NCBI RefSeq assembly: GCF_006345805.1
Contig: NC_043003.1
Location: 44,578,001 to 44,642,000, forward strand
From: Octopus sinensis
Taxonomy: Eukaryota
DNA: 64,000 bases
Reading direction: 5' to 3'
Part shown: positions 28,019 through 43,110 of the stretch, in pieces
How the letters are laid out: each line of letters begins with the position of its first letter
How positions within the stretch are numbered: the first letter of the stretch is position 1
The notes under the pieces: model-generated
Database searches by the model: none
The model's input: the letters and a program-made list of their open reading frames with translations, nothing else
What the model was told of the DNA's origin: nothing
Made by a program: the position numbers and the translations under genes

Positions 28019-29968
28019 CATCAGCGTGTTGCTTCTCTGGCGCACAGGATTTCCAGGCGAATTATAATTAACATCTATGGCTATGGATGAAAATCAGACT
28101 TGCAAGAGTTTTACTCGAGCAAAATAAAAAAGAAAGACATCATTAATACCTGCAATCGGATTGTTTCTCCGAAAGTCAACATTTACTGTGTGTGCGCGAG
28201 TGTGCGCATTTTTGTATTTATATATGCATGTGTATGTACGGAACTTGCATTGCTTCAATGAATGTTCATTTTCATATCAAGTTCGAATTATCGTGGTAAA
28301 TTTAGAGGGGATTTTTGTCATAGTACTCATGGACATGACGGAAGCTCTTTCCTTTTCACCATGTTATGTATAAGAATCTCAAAACACATATGCTGAAAAT
28401 GACGTATAGGAGACTGCTGAATACGGTGAAGCGGAGGTAAAATATTTTATCCGATGTCAAGCTCGATCAACGCGACATTCCATCTCTATCAATACCGTAT
28501 TAGAAAATTGTAGAACATTATGAAATGGCTTGGTAAATGTTGAGCTTGAATTTGTGGTTATTTATATCAGGTGAACCGATCAAATTGAAGCATTTACTCA
28601 TCTATGTTTTGTTACTTCCACACTAAGTCGAAACAAAAGGGGCTTTCTATGTATAGTGAGGGTGATGCTTCATATCTAAATGCCATCTATAGTGTTGCAA
28701 ATTGTAACTTCAAATGCGCATAACACTTATAATTTAATGAATATTTATATATTTACGCTTGGTGCGGGAAGTTGTATTTTTCTGCTCCGGCATTATTCTC
28801 ATACAGAAAGAATGAAGGATAAAACGATTTTCTATTATAAATGTGAATGAACAAAAGAAACAGAATCATAATAATGTGTCCCTAACCTTTCTAAATGAAC
28901 CTTTTTCCATGCAGTTGCATATCTCCCATGTTCAGAACAGGCTGTTGAGCTACTTCATGTCAGATTATCTCGTCTGCTATGACAATCATAGCCGTAATAT
29001 TATTCTGTGAGGCAGAGAAATGTTTAATACATTGCATTATCATTCATGTGCTGAGTTCTCTATAGGATGAAATAATATCGTTAACCTTAGTGAGTGGCTT
29101 GGCAGTTTGACTTTGGAGAAACGTATGAGCATGAACCTCATTCAGAGATAATAAGATATATTACGCTATCCTATAGAAAGTAAATGGGCTCTTTATTATA
29201 AATGTGAAACAAACAAAACCAAAAATAAGTGTCTAATATACATACAAATGTCTATGTGTGTTTGATGTGTGTGTGTGTGTGTGTGTATACACTCAGAAAC
29301 ACGTACACACACAGACACAGACACACACACATATTAGTCAATTAAGTACAAGAATGGCTATTAAACTGATTCTACATAATCTCCCTGTTTAATGTTTATA
29401 ATTTCAGTTATTTTAGTTATGATATCATACGACATAAAAATGATATCATACGACATAAAAATATCGTTTATAAACGTCCCCCCATCATGTCCCTAATAGA
29501 TTTCCCAATATTAGTAACTGAAGTTTCTTAGCGTGTTGACCCTTTAACTGGTAATTAACATCATGATTTAAAGCCTACATGATTTAAAGCTCTTATTTAT
29601 AGACAGTTCCTTCTATCGGATTTACTCTTCCTAATGTCTTATCTCCTTTCTCTTAGGGAAAACAGATACCTATGATGATATTTATGACCATAGTTAGCCA
29701 ACACTTTCTTGTTCTTTATTATTCAAAATAGTCGCAGTCTTCTAATCTCAGTTTAAATAGATGATAAAGAGATAAATAAATTAGAAATGAATTACGACCC
29801 TTACAACCCTATGACCCCACTATGCTCCATGTGATTCTAAGATATTGTAGTCTATTCTTAGCCACTTTGCTACAATAGCGACAACATGAATTTCTTCCAT
29901 CTTCTTTGTTAAAATATTTAAGAAACCTTATATTAATGTCCTACTTCTTGAAAAATTCCATAATTTCT

Positions 29969-30050
29969 GCAGCTGAAGATAGCACTGCATTTAAATTGAT
30001 GTAATGCTTGCATTGTTCAAGTAAATGGAGTCGCTTGAAACGGTCGTACT
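29969..30050 (+). ncRNA. Type I hammerhead ribozyme motif with long stem II (partly decayed)
   Basis: cag CTGAAGA tAGCACTgCATTTA...TAAATGgAGTcGCTt GAAAC GGTC GTA ct: intact core and about 12 bp of stem II pairing, but only 2 bp of stem I remain. Confidence 0.6.
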
Positions 30051-32289
30051 CCCTTAAATTCTTGACATCCTGTTGTCTATTTTCTTTTTATACATATACA
30101 TATATATTTATATATACTTGGTTGTGAAATCACATACTCATACACACATACAGTTTGATCAGTATCTGATTGGGGGAAACTATGGATGTATCACACAAGG
30201 ATAAGTTCGAAGAGTGATATTTTGTTTTGCATGTGTTGCAATTTGTTGAACTTGTTTCTTGATTTTTTGCTTCTTTCTACGTCTCTAACAGTCCATTTCT
30301 TTGCTTCCTTCACACTCATATCTTCACAAACACGCATACACATACATACTATCACACTCCTCTCCTTTTAGATATTATATGATGGAAAACTGTAGTTATT
30401 AAAATTTCCAATTTATTAGTCCTCTCTCTTTCACATATCACGGAAGAAATGCTTTCTTCTTTAATGGATTCACTTTTAAATTTGATATCCTGAAATTAAC
30501 TCAAGTGTTTTAATCCGCTTAATTGTTGTTATAGTTATATTTGTACGAGTGGTTGGTTTTTTGAGTGTGTGTATAAGAGAGTGTGTGTGTATGTGAGTAT
30601 GTGCGTGCGAGAGCATGCGTGCTTTTGTGTGCCTGGCAGTGTTATAGACGAAGTCACGGTTGAGATGTTTTGTTCGCAAATATTGTTCGGCAACATACGC
30701 TTCGACACATGTCCACTGTTGTGTCAGGCTCGATCAACTTATGAACTGGGTTAAAATTACTAAAGAATACTCAATCATTTCTTACGCTCTTTTGCTAAGT
30801 AGGTCATCCCACAATTCTGATATAATTGCATTCGTTCTATATTTCATTCACTCATATTTTAAGCGATGTACTGTATTACAAGAAAACATATAAATTTTCT
30901 TCTTTTGTTAGAATATAAAGTTATTTTCTAAATTCACAAAATAAAAATTATCTTTAAACACGATTTTAAATGACTTGCACATAGAAAAGCTTGGAAACTT
31001 TTAACTTTGGGCATAATCTACATTATAATAAAAATTACACGCATAATTATAGAATTCTATATAACAAAACATTTATTTCAACGTAAAATAGAATTGTCAC
31101 TATATATATTCCTCACCAGGTACCGCAATGTCTGGCTAAATGTCTATATATGTATATAAATATATGCACGTGTCTTTGTATGCATGCATAGAAGCACATG
31201 TATATGTACATATGACTATAAGCACGCACATATATTTATGTGTGTATGTATGTGTTTGGATACATAACCATTCTCACTTCAATATATATGTGTATACCGA
31301 GTATATTATTGTGATTATGATATTGCTTAAAATTAATCTATCTTTATTAACGATCTTTGATATTTCTTCAGTAGATATTCATGTCTAAATAGGAAATGAA
31401 AAATAATCGAATGATACTTTGTACGAATAATCTATTGTACATATGGACATGTTAGCATACTGAACTATTGTACACGGCCAAAAAATTGGCTACCGCAAGC
31501 ATGACAGTAAAGACAGTAAATTAGTCTAAATAAGAGACATAATATCTACATGAACATGTGTGTTATGGAAAATATATTTTCATTGTTATAACACTCACAA
31601 AGTTGGACACATTTATTACAATATAAAATTAACAGTAAGAATGTTATTAGAAAGTTAGCAGAAAGAAAATATTTACTGTAGCTCAAAGCCACGATCCTGA
31701 ATACTAGAAACCTTACTATCACTGCCCAACATTTAATACATATAGCGTCAATGTAAACTTTCGAGTTTATGATTCAAAATATATTAAAACGCATTTCCTG
31801 GTGGTCGTACCAGTCATGTACAGCAAGGTATCGTTACAGCTAGTTAAAATGAAAGACTAAGAGGATGATATCAGTTCATAATATCATTATAATACACAGA
31901 ATTCCACATGAATGAAGATTAGATGAAAATGAGTTTTTAATTGCAAATTGTGTCCAAAAGCAATGGATAGATACAGAGCTTGTATAATTAATTAAGAATA
32001 TAATATGATTGCTAAAAATGTCTTGAAATTAAGTGTGAAGCAAATTTTATGAACACCGTTTTATATCTACCAGATACAATATCATTGCACGATATCTTTC
32101 ACCCATCAAGAAGAGGCGTTGGAATTGACTATAAGCATACAAAACTCGTGATTGTAAACTTAAAGAGTTAGAAGAGCCATAAGGAAATATAGAACTTACT
32201 CATAAATATATTAAACAAAACCACTGTTGAATATGTAATATAAATATTTGAAAGGACATACACTAAGGTGTGCTTGCGCGTACGAGTAT

Positions 32290-32333
<44 letters not shown>

Positions 32334-32532
32334 GGGAGAGAGAGAGACACGGATATAGAGACAGACAGACAGACAGATAGAAAGGGAGAGAGACACGGAT
32401 ATAGAGACAGAGACAGTGATGGAGAGTGCTAGAGAGAGAGTAAGAGAGAGAAGTCGAAGAGTAGTAAAGAAGACAGCATGTTGGCATGAACCGGTGTTTC
32501 CGAAAGTAAATCCATCAATATTTTTGCTATCT

Positions 32533-32737
32533 AAGGCAACGAGGTAGGAGAATCGTCGGACAAAATGCTTAGCGGCATTACGTCAGGTTTTGTGTTTTGA
32601 GTGCAAGTGCTGCCAAGGTTGACTTTACCTTAAATCCTTTCGATGTCGATTAAAATAAGAAACGGATGAGATTTAAACGACTTAGCCCCTTCCTCAACAA
32701 GTACGAACTTCCTGGCTTGTTGACAAATTTTGAAAGC
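32533..32737 (+). mobile_element. SINE family A, old copy
   Basis: aaggcaacgaggtaggagaatcg..aatgcttagcggcatt..aaggttgactttaccttaaatcctttcgatgtcgattaaaataag. Confidence 0.65.
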
Positions 32738-33028
32738 AAAGTGTTCGTTATTTTCCAGAGGTATATAATTTCATATGTATTATATCTGGACATTTCAAAA
32801 GAATGTTTAACTTCTGTTCAGCTCCACTTTCCGTGCAGTGACACTTTTGTAGGTATCTCATTATTTCAACTGTTTGCCAGACTTGCACGTGTTACACCTC
32901 GGTATTAACCGTGTGCAGGTGTAAAACAATTATCTTATGCGAGTTTTCTTGACTTAAGCTGATTCCGGTACTTCATGCATATGGATGGGTGTGTGTTTGT
33001 ATATATATATGCATGTATGTATGTATTT

Positions 33029-33096
<68 letters not shown>

Positions 33097-33099
<3 letters not shown>

Positions 33100-33490
33100 G
33101 GTGGCTCTGTGGTAAAGACGCTTCCATGCCAACCAAATGATTCCGGGATTAGTCTCACTGCGTTGCATGTTCGGTGTCTTCTACTGTAACCTCTGTCCGA
33201 ATGTATTGCGAATGAACTCGGTGGTCGGAAATTGAAAGAAGCCTAAAATATATGCGTGTATGAGTGTGTTTCTATCTATGCCCCACCCCACCATCAGTGC
33301 TTGATAACCGGGGTTAGTGTTTCCGTTGCAGTAAACTAGCAGTTCAGCAAAATAGACCGATAGAATAAGTACAAGGCTTAAAGCATAAGTCCTGGGATTG
33401 ATTTCTTCGATAACACACTTCCAGGCAATGCTCCAGCACAGCCACAGCCATATGACTGTAACATATAGTAGAATGAATGAATAAAAGAAT
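33097..33490 (+). mobile_element. SINE family B, full-length old copy
   Basis: gcaggtggctctgtggtaaagacgctt..gaccgatagaataagtac..gctccagcacagccacagcc..ataaaagaat. Confidence 0.75.
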
Positions 33491-33577
33491 ATATATATAT
33501 ATATATATGTATATACACATATAAATACATACATACATGCATATGTATATATACAAACATATAAATACATACATACA

Positions 33578-33631
<54 letters not shown>

Positions 33632-33823
33632 TACATATACATATACACGTGCATATATATATATCTATATTCATACATATATATTAGGCTAGAAGTGGGA
33701 AATTGTTTTGGCCGATGACACTCCATTGACCTTAAGTAAGGCATATGTGAAATGAATGAAATTGGTGGGTAGTTCTCGAGTTTTAGTGATGCACATATAC
33801 AGACAGGCACACACACATTCTCA

Positions 33824-33872
<49 letters not shown>

Positions 33873-34411
33873 AGAACTGTCACACGATAACCTATATAGG
33901 GGAAATATGTATAATTTTGTTATTGAGTATGTATGTATGTCTACGGGTGTTTATCTGCAAAAAAGTTTGTCTCGTATGATGCATATCCATTTATTCGAAA
34001 TACGATAAATAATTACTTGAAAAAATTGTTGATAATGATACAATTAACAATCTTAAATAATAACCAATAAAGCCAATTATTATAGATAGGTGGACTAGAA
34101 AAAAATAAATGACTATTTTACTTTCAAGATATATAATTATTCATGACATGCACCAGGAATGATTTGAGTCAATATGGAAACCAGTATCGTTTCACGCATA
34201 AATCCCATTCAGATGGTGCCTACATTTTAATTTCATTAATATTTTATTTTGATAACTTAATAATTTTTTTTAATAACAGATTTTTGGAAAATAACTCTAG
34301 GTGGTCACGATTGGTACGCTTTTTAACACGTGTTCGCTCTATTAACTCTAATGTAAATTAAGGCTTTACAGTATTCAATAACATATAGTGAATGCTAACC
34401 ACAATATTGAA

Positions 34412-34607
34412 GTGCATGAGTGGTAAGTAGCTTGCTTCCCAACCTAACTGTTAAGGGTTTAGTCCTACTGCGTGGCATCTTTTGTAAGTACATCGTACAG
34501 AAAACTGAGTGTATTTGTTAGACTGGAACTGACAGAATCAAGCCGCATACACACATACACATACACACCATACGCACACACACACCACACCACACCACCA
34601 CACACAG

Positions 34608-34659
<52 letters not shown>

Positions 34660-34895
34660 TATATATATGTACGTGTGTGTGAGAGAGGGACAGAGACAGA
34701 CAGACAGACAGATATATAGACAGGCAGATATTATGTTTTTGTGTTTGTCCACTTGAAAATCGTGGCAAAACCAACCAGTAAAACAAGTACCAGGATTTAA
34801 AAAGAATAAGTACTGGGGTCGATCAATTCGACTAAAGTTTCTTCGAAAACTTGCCATATCATGGCGGCAGTCAAATGACTGAATCAAATAAAAGA
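34412..34895 (+). mobile_element. SINE family B, degraded, with expanded internal microsatellite
   Basis: gtggtaagtagcttgcttcccaacc..ggtttagtcctactgcgtggca..aataagtactggggtcgatcaattcgactaaa..catggcggcagtcaaatgactga. Confidence 0.7.
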
Positions 34896-36430
34896 AGCCG
34901 ACTAGTTCTGTAATGTTTAAAGTAATATCTAAAATATATTTCTTTGGAAATTTCACTCACATTTTTCGCATATGTACACATATTATCATAAAGTATGTAG
35001 ATGGTCAGTTGTAATACAATAATTTATGTGCAAAGTGAAATAAAATGAAATACAAGCATTTCCAATCAACGTAGTTATTGCACCCCTCTATTCCGTTATA
35101 GATACGGCTATGCCTATATTTCACATAAGTCATTAAATTTAATGAGTTCCCTCTTTAGCTGACCCTTGTTTTGCATGTTAGGTTACAGTTCATCTGTACT
35201 GAATAACTAGCGTTCTTCTGTAGCGCATCTATATTTCATGCTAAGCATGGAATTCTATTACCAGCCATGGGTCAAGAGATGGCAACTGTTCAGAAATGAG
35301 AGTGTACCCTACATTTTGCAGCTCACAGCCGAAAATGTTCGCCTGGATTCTGCATCATGCCAGTATTTCAATATGAAATAGAGTATCTAGGATTGTCACT
35401 AATACGGCACCTGACGTAGAGAAACCTACCTTAAATAATATATGAGAGGATTATTTTGGGATTCAGCTCCGAGCTTTTAGCAGTAAAGCTCTACTATAAC
35501 CTCCGTTAGCGAAAAATTAGGTGAGGTTTATCAACATGTCGGGAGCACTTAATCGGATATTATCAGTGACCGATTGAGTAAGATATTTGTATGCGCCCGC
35601 TGGTGCACCCTTGTTCGCAATCTCTGCTATAATTAGGGTGCAAACGAAACAAAACATTAAGAGGAGTTAGAGATGTTCTTTTTACAATTTAGTCAAGGTG
35701 CTAACTAGTATCTCTCTAGAGAAGAATTCACATAGTACCACCTCCACAAAATCACTCCAAAGATTTTCTGCAATGTACAACTAAATTTTCTTAACAAAAT
35801 GATCCAAGAATACATTAAATGTTGAATATTTTCTTCCATTCAGTTTCCTAATTGAAAGAATTCCATAACGGGCTGGATTATAGAAATACGAACGCTTGGT
35901 ATGCTTGATGCTGCATTCCCAGTGTCTCGAACTTTAATCGAACTGGATCTTGAATATAGGCTACTGTGGTTTCGTTTCGTTGTGCAAAGCAATTAGTAAT
36001 TACCTTATGATGAGAAGGCATATACTTATCTGAAACTCAGTAAAAGTATAACAGTTTATTAATTATTTCTATATACAGATGGTTGTGTAAAAATTTCTGA
36101 GACAGAGCAGCTGTCATTTATTTAAATGTAATTATGTGTGTGAGTGTGTACCTATATGTGTATGTGTATATTCCAGATTGTGATACTTCGTAGTTTTCCA
36201 TTGTGATGTGATAGTCACTTTACAGATGAGGTGACCTAATAAAACAATTCACTTGGACTGATCATTGTTCGGTATCGATTAATTCTGATTCAATAATTCC
36301 TGTCAGAACTTTCAGCATATTCCGCAACGAATATTCAAAATACGTATAAATGCATACGCAAATACCTATAGCGACACATGTATACATGTTTATATATACA
36401 CCCATAAACACAGACAGACAGACAGACAGA

Positions 36431-36491
<61 letters not shown>

Positions 36492-36519
36492 GTATATATA
36501 TATATGTATGTGAATATAC

Positions 36520-36583
<64 letters not shown>

Positions 36584-38100
36584 TATATACATATACATAT
36601 ATATGAATATATACATATATACATATATATATATTTATATCTAACGATAATAATAAAACGCATAAATATATAGAAAGACATACAAACGCAGACAGCTAGA
36701 AAGAAAGACAGACAACCCACTCACATTCAAGCATACGTAAGTATATGCATATAAATTTCATATTTTTGTCTATACAACATTGACAATCTAATCCTCTCAA
36801 TGTTATTTTAATATTTCTATCTATTGAAACTTAATGTTATATCGTTAACTTACAAATACTTTAAGACTTAAATAGATTTTTAAAGAATTAATTTCTTTTC
36901 ACTGACAAGCTGTAATATAAATTTCCTTTAATTTCTGATAATATTTTGACAACAATGTCAGATTAAAAGCGTATGTTCGCACAGAAAATTTTTTTTTTTT
37001 ATTTGTTCATTTTAATTTACGTGGAATAATTCTGCGATAAACTTTCTCATGTGCGAAATGTTTTCAATCTTTTCCTTCCGTACATTTTTTATTCTTAAAT
37101 TTTAATCAAAGTAGATTCTATCGATTGAAATTTCTGATCGTCTTCAGTTATTTCTTCAGTTAATGAAAAATTGAAGCTATCATTGGATCACCACAAATAT
37201 CAGTCAAGAGTAGTAAAAAATGGCTTCGTAAATAGAGTTTATCTTGCATGATCTTTAACACGTAGAAGTAGTCAACTGAAATTCAGAAATAACCATTCGG
37301 CTTGAAATAAACATCTGTTTGAAACGATTTCTGATAAGAAAATAATATAAAAATACCTAAAATTAACAAACAAATTTACGTATTTTTATATGGTTTTGCT
37401 TCTAGTTTTCACCACTTGTAGGTCATGTATGTAATAACTTTATAATAAAGCTGAAACAACGTAAAATGTAGATCTGTTACGTGAACTTCATTATATTCAT
37501 TATTTGTTACCACGTTAGAAACTTATTGAATTTTTAACATTTCTACATATATGCCGATATTTTTTGGAAATGATTGCTCGCAGTTTCATACTGAAGATTT
37601 TTTCATCAGTATCGGTCAGAAACATTTTAATCTACTACACCGAATTATCTTAAATATTTCCTGAAGGGACTGGTTTTAAAGCTGGTGATTTTAGGAGAGG
37701 AGAATGACTATAATAATATGTAGTAAGTTAATGATGAGTATGGTATAGTATAATTTCACTTCTGATTCGTATTTTCCCTTAACGCATTATTGTAATTTTA
37801 TATCATAGCAGAGGTGTTATTAAAAATGAATCGCTTTTGAAAATACATTCTTTGCGAGTTAAGCAGACTGTATATCCGCTACGTGTTATTAATTTAAAAG
37901 TTTCGATTAAGAGTGCGGAGCAGTAATGATAAGTATTTTAATGGATATGTATCGAAACTTTCTATTTGATAATATCTTTATCGAACTAAATGGTGACAGC
38001 TTTCAAACCCCTTTTACAATTACAACCGAAATAATACGTCTTGAAAAACTGATATAAATAACGTAGTGTTGCTCAACATAAACACCAGTATATACATAAT

Positions 38101-38151
<51 letters not shown>

Positions 38152-38230
38152 GGGATCGCCATGTTGATTCGTTAGCTACTGCACGCATTTTTTTTCTCTC
38201 CTTCTTTCTGTGTTTTTCTCTCTCTGTGTA

Positions 38231-38268
38231 TCTTTCTGTTGAAGAGCGTAGGCTCGAAACGTTAAAGA
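38231..38268 (+). ncRNA. Minimal type I hammerhead-like motif (variant core) inside a 217-bp element (38151-38367) flanked by (TA)n
   Basis: TCTTT CTGTTGA a GAGC gtag GCTC GAAAC GTT AAAGA: 5-bp stem I, 4-bp stem II, loopless palindromic stem III (ACGT) as in PLE minimal HHRs; A6 is replaced by U. Confidence 0.6.
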
Positions 38269-41200
38269 CTTGTTTTATTTATATTTCCTGAGCGCCATAC
38301 TAATACAATTGTTCGTTTGTCTTCCACCTGCCTTCGTCTTTTGTTTATTTTCATAAAGCTTCCCGTTATATATATATATATATATATAATATATATATAT
38401 ACGTTCTGCTGCTTTTAAATAAAGCATATTACTCTACCTCTGGTATTATTTTACAGATTATACACCTCTGTGATTATGACCGAATATGTAGTTATTCATG
38501 GCATTCAACAGCCTTCAAATGGTCATTCAAAGACATAGATTTCTTTCTTTAATCTTCCATGTAAGTGATACACCCAGATCACATTTCCAACAAAATCCGT
38601 TCATATTACTATTTCAGCTGCACACCTTTTTTTTATATATATGTACATATATACGTGTGGGTATGTCTTTGTGTGTGTTCGTGCGGGCACGCTTTGGGCT
38701 TGTGCGTGTTTGAGTGTAAGTCATTCAACTTCCATGTTACCTACATTTAACAACATTTGTTGAAACTCCGATTTCTCTGCACATAAAAAAAAATATTGTT
38801 TCTCTATGTTTAATATGTTTTCTCAGTTTCCTACTCATCAATTTTTTAAAAGTGTTTATTTTCAATTCGAATGAATATTTCTTTAGCAGATTCCACTTCT
38901 CTTCTGTGTCATATGTTTCTTTGATTATTACTATGTTGAATTTTTGCCTCAATCAATTCTCTTTTTGTCGTTATTTGTATGATCAGCATTTTCTCACATG
39001 CTCTACAGCAGAATCTTATAACAAATTTAGAAAACGCATTCATCAACCACTAGATGAGTTGAATATGTAAATAAAATTCCTCTCCCAGAAAAACAAACAA
39101 AAGAATGAATGTATTCTATACACGTGAGTGAATAGCAGAGAACTTAATATAAAAATTAAAATACATTCTGCAGTGAGTTATTCATTATTCATAATTAAAG
39201 ATGGAAATATTAAAAATGTTAATGGAAGTTATTTTAAAAGATCTACCACAACCAATAGTATTTTTTTACAGTTTTCATTTTTTTTGTCAGTTGTTTCTTT
39301 ATATTTTACAGTTACTTTTCCATTTAGCTCTTAAGATTATTGCTAGCACAGGAAAGAATATTGCAACGCGGCGAAAAAGGTGAATGGTTCATCATCAATT
39401 CAATATAATATCCGTTATTTGTAATATAATTCACAGTAGGTTATGTGCAGGGTGAGGTGTCACCCAGTATGAATCTGGGAAAGGTTTTGGAGCAATAATT
39501 CATCGTTGCGGGCTTCTCTCATACATTATAAATTATGAGATCTCAGAATACTACTGCATAGTTTTAAGTTAGTAACATCCGTAATGTGCAGAAGAAGATC
39601 GTCACCATTCTAGCCAAAGAAAAAAAGAAATCTATAAACATTATATAAATGGAAAACAAGTTAACTTGATATAAATCTTAGTCTAGCGGTGCGTTAGCCC
39701 AATAATGGCCAACAGTCGATGAATTCGAGGGCTGTGTTAATTTCCTCGCTGACCTGTCGCACGTAGATATATAGATGGATTGTAACGTGTGTAAATCAAT
39801 GGATTCGTTACTCTAACTCGATGGATAAATTCAAGGGGTTAATAAAAATTTTATACAACGCTGAGATCAGTCTTATATAACGAAATTCGAATATATCTAA
39901 GGTGCACATATGTGCACAGAGAAACATGCACGCATACACACGCACACACGCTAAATTCTTTTCATAAAAATCCATCATGTTATGAACACGTTCAAAAATA
40001 TATATGCTTCTTTGTTTCAATTCGTTGCCGATGACAGATACACTCTTATAATATAGAAAATACAGAAAGTTATGCAATAAAATTTAACCGAAATATTTAA
40101 GTTATTTCTAGATATAAAATGAATACATTCGAGTAGTGCATTAATAAAGGTTTCCAGTAAGTGTACAGTGAGAGGAAAGCATATCTATATATCAAAATGT
40201 ATGTATATGTGCATATATACATACATAAATATATATATATATTTATATTTATATGTGTATGTATATAAATGTATCTTATGTTCTAAATAGCAACTTCGTT
40301 CTGTCTGAGTTTCTGTCTGTCTGTTACCATTATGCAGCCCAAACTAGGGAACCAATGTTCACCAACGTTTCTATACATGTTGAACTAACATCATGTTCTA
40401 TTATAGTCTTATTGAATATCAATAGTTGTTGATAATGGACCGACTACGGGGCTTGGGCTATTATTACATGATAAAATGAGAGGTGTTCATAAGTGTTAGA
40501 CTTAGGGAAATGTGGTATAATGAGGGTGGCTGATATCAGCAAAACAGAGTAGACCGGAAGAGATAGACACACCGAGAATTTGAAAGACAGACACAACGAA
40601 AGACAATCAGGGACACTTCCACATATATATAAAAGAGTTTATATGTGCGCGCGTGTGTGTTTCAGTTTATATGTGTGTGTGTGTGTGTGTGCGTGTGCGT
40701 ATCCTCCTATTTGAAAACTGAGTTTCCAATTTTTACGTATAGGTTATCAAAAGGTTTAGTAATCGTACGGCTATTAAATAAACTTTATTTTCATTTACAT
40801 ATTTGCATTACAAGAATTTTACATTATAATCTTTTCTATTAGTCAAGTAATAAACATTTTATGCCACGACAAAAATGATGGCAACGTCACATTTTCTACA
40901 TAGGTGTCTACCTTAAAAGACATCGATTTCTCTATGTTATGACGAAATACAGTTACTCAATCGCTCTCTCTCACACGCATACACACACGAACATATATAT
41001 AGAAAAATGATGTATGTATATATATTTATGTATGTGCATATGAATGCCACTTACGCATACATGACAACACACACGTTCACTTACTCACTCTCACTCACAT
41101 CTCTCACGCATATGCACACATACAAACTCACACAAACACACACACACGTCCATTTCATATACACGCACATACATCTTTCACTTTCTCTTGAGTTGCTAAA

Positions 41201-41846
41201 CACTGGTACTAATTATTAATTATCAATTTAATAATTGTGCCCTGTATATATATATATAATTTCGGGTGAATATTTGATAAGTGTAAGCACCTGTATACGC
41301 TAGCTAGTAGCAGAGGTGAGAAGGTATATGTATCAAATGAAATCAAAAACAGAACACAAAGGACGTCGCGGTACACGGGTTTCAAGCTTAATAAACGACC
41401 TATTCTTACATCATTGTATAATCGACATAAAGGATGGTTTAAAGCTCTCTTCAGCCGCATGCAATTGTTATACCAAATATTTACATCACATTATGAAAAA
41501 TCCGAAAGGTACATTTGGTGTTACCCATAATGATAGGTATATCAAGTCTCCCTGAAAAGTCTGTTTGTAAACCTTCATAACCAAATAGGTGTGTAGGGTA
41601 TCATTGGTCTTCGAAAATCTGCCCATACTGTATCACCAGTCAACATAGAGTGAATGTTTTAAGATTTCACTATATCCAATTTATCATAGAGTAATTACTA
41701 GGAATTATATTACGGAAGGTTTTACAGGCAGTAGCACAGACACTTATACTGACATAGACACAAATGCATATACGCATATGCTTATATACATACACATATG
41801 CTCACGTACACACATACGCACACACACATACATATACATGCATGCT

Positions 41847-41890
<44 letters not shown>

Positions 41891-41891
<1 letters not shown>

Positions 41892-42276
41892 TAGCAGTAT
41901 CGCCCAGCGTTGCTCGGGTTTGTAAGGGAAATAACTATAAAGCATTTTTAGAGAGTTATAGCCAAAAAATAGCAAAAAAATGGGGAAATAAATGAAGGTA
42001 AATTTTTTTTTGATAGTTAAAAAGGTCGAGTTGCGTCCCCTAGACCATCTGTGGTTTGTGTTTCTGATTGTCAACTCCATGTCAAATTTATCGATCTTTT
42101 TCAGAACTGGGGGAACTTTTCAAAATTTTCGCTGCGTTAGTTTTGAAATATGACATTGGGCTATGTGTGTGTCAAGTTTCATCAGAATCGGTTGAAAGCC
42201 GTGGTCAGGGTGAGGGTACAACCAAACAGACACACAGAAACACACACAGACAAACTGCCGTTTATATATAGAGAGA
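41891..42276 (-). mobile_element. Complete non-autonomous Helitron (386 bp)
   Basis: Minus strand starts A|TCTCTCTATATATAAACGGCAG and ends CCCGAGCAACGCTGGGCGATACTGCTAG|T: 5' TC, GC-rich subterminal hairpin, CTAG, A|T target, no TSD. Confidence 0.9.
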
Positions 42277-42951
42277 TGTATAAAGAGAGAGATAAATAGA
42301 TGGAGACAGACGGAGGGAGAAAGAGAGACAGGGAGAGAGGTACAGTGATGAAATATTTCAAACTGGAGGGTAATGGAGAAATTGAGAAAAAAATTGTGAA
42401 GGCATTATGTATATTTGATATGTGCTTGTAAATTGTTTACATTTGTCGTTTATCGTTTATTTAATTTTTTCAACAAAAGATATAACATCTGAAGAAACAC
42501 ATTGACTGCTGAAAACAATAATTTTTACTTTCATATGTAAACTGGTAGTGTCTCAGCATGGCTGCAACCTCAAAGCTGAAATATACAAAAGAATAAAAGA
42601 ACAATTATTAGTCTTACTCCAATGGGATACTGATAAACTTTCATAAGCCCAAACACATTATATTAGTCTGAAATAGAACTATTCCTGTAGTCCTATGTTT
42701 AACCTATTTAAACGGTAGTGTGCGCCTGTTCAATCAGTACGCATCTGTTTCCAGCTATTCCGTTTCTTCAATGATATCGATACCTACATGATTCATAATA
42801 TTTACTCATCGCCTCAAAATTCCAAAGAAGTCCACTATCCTTAGCAAAGACTTCAACCTCACTCAGCACTCACCCTTGTTACCAGAAAGTGCTTCTGTTC
42901 TCTGTGACACTGTACTTTCCTTAATTTAACATACTATCTTCGTTCTCACTT

Positions 42952-43110
42952 GTGACATTCTGCGAAAGTAATATTGTATCATTCAACATTAATAAATCGG
43001 TCTACGATGCCAAGAAAGTTGACTATCTAAGGACTACATCCGTCTGTCAACAAGGGATTGGTAATTTCCTGTTAATCCATTCTATTACAGCCTTTGTTGA
43101 CATGTTCCTT
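42952..43110 (+). mobile_element. Possible Gypsy-type RT remnant
   Basis: FNINKSVYDAKKVDYL..QGI..ITAF resembles LNxxKCxFxxxEVxYLG..GI..IxAI; short and weak. Confidence 0.3.

Noticed and set aside
29419-29461. 21-bp tandem duplication (also a 13-bp one near 59093-59125)
   Set aside because: Ordinary slippage duplications.
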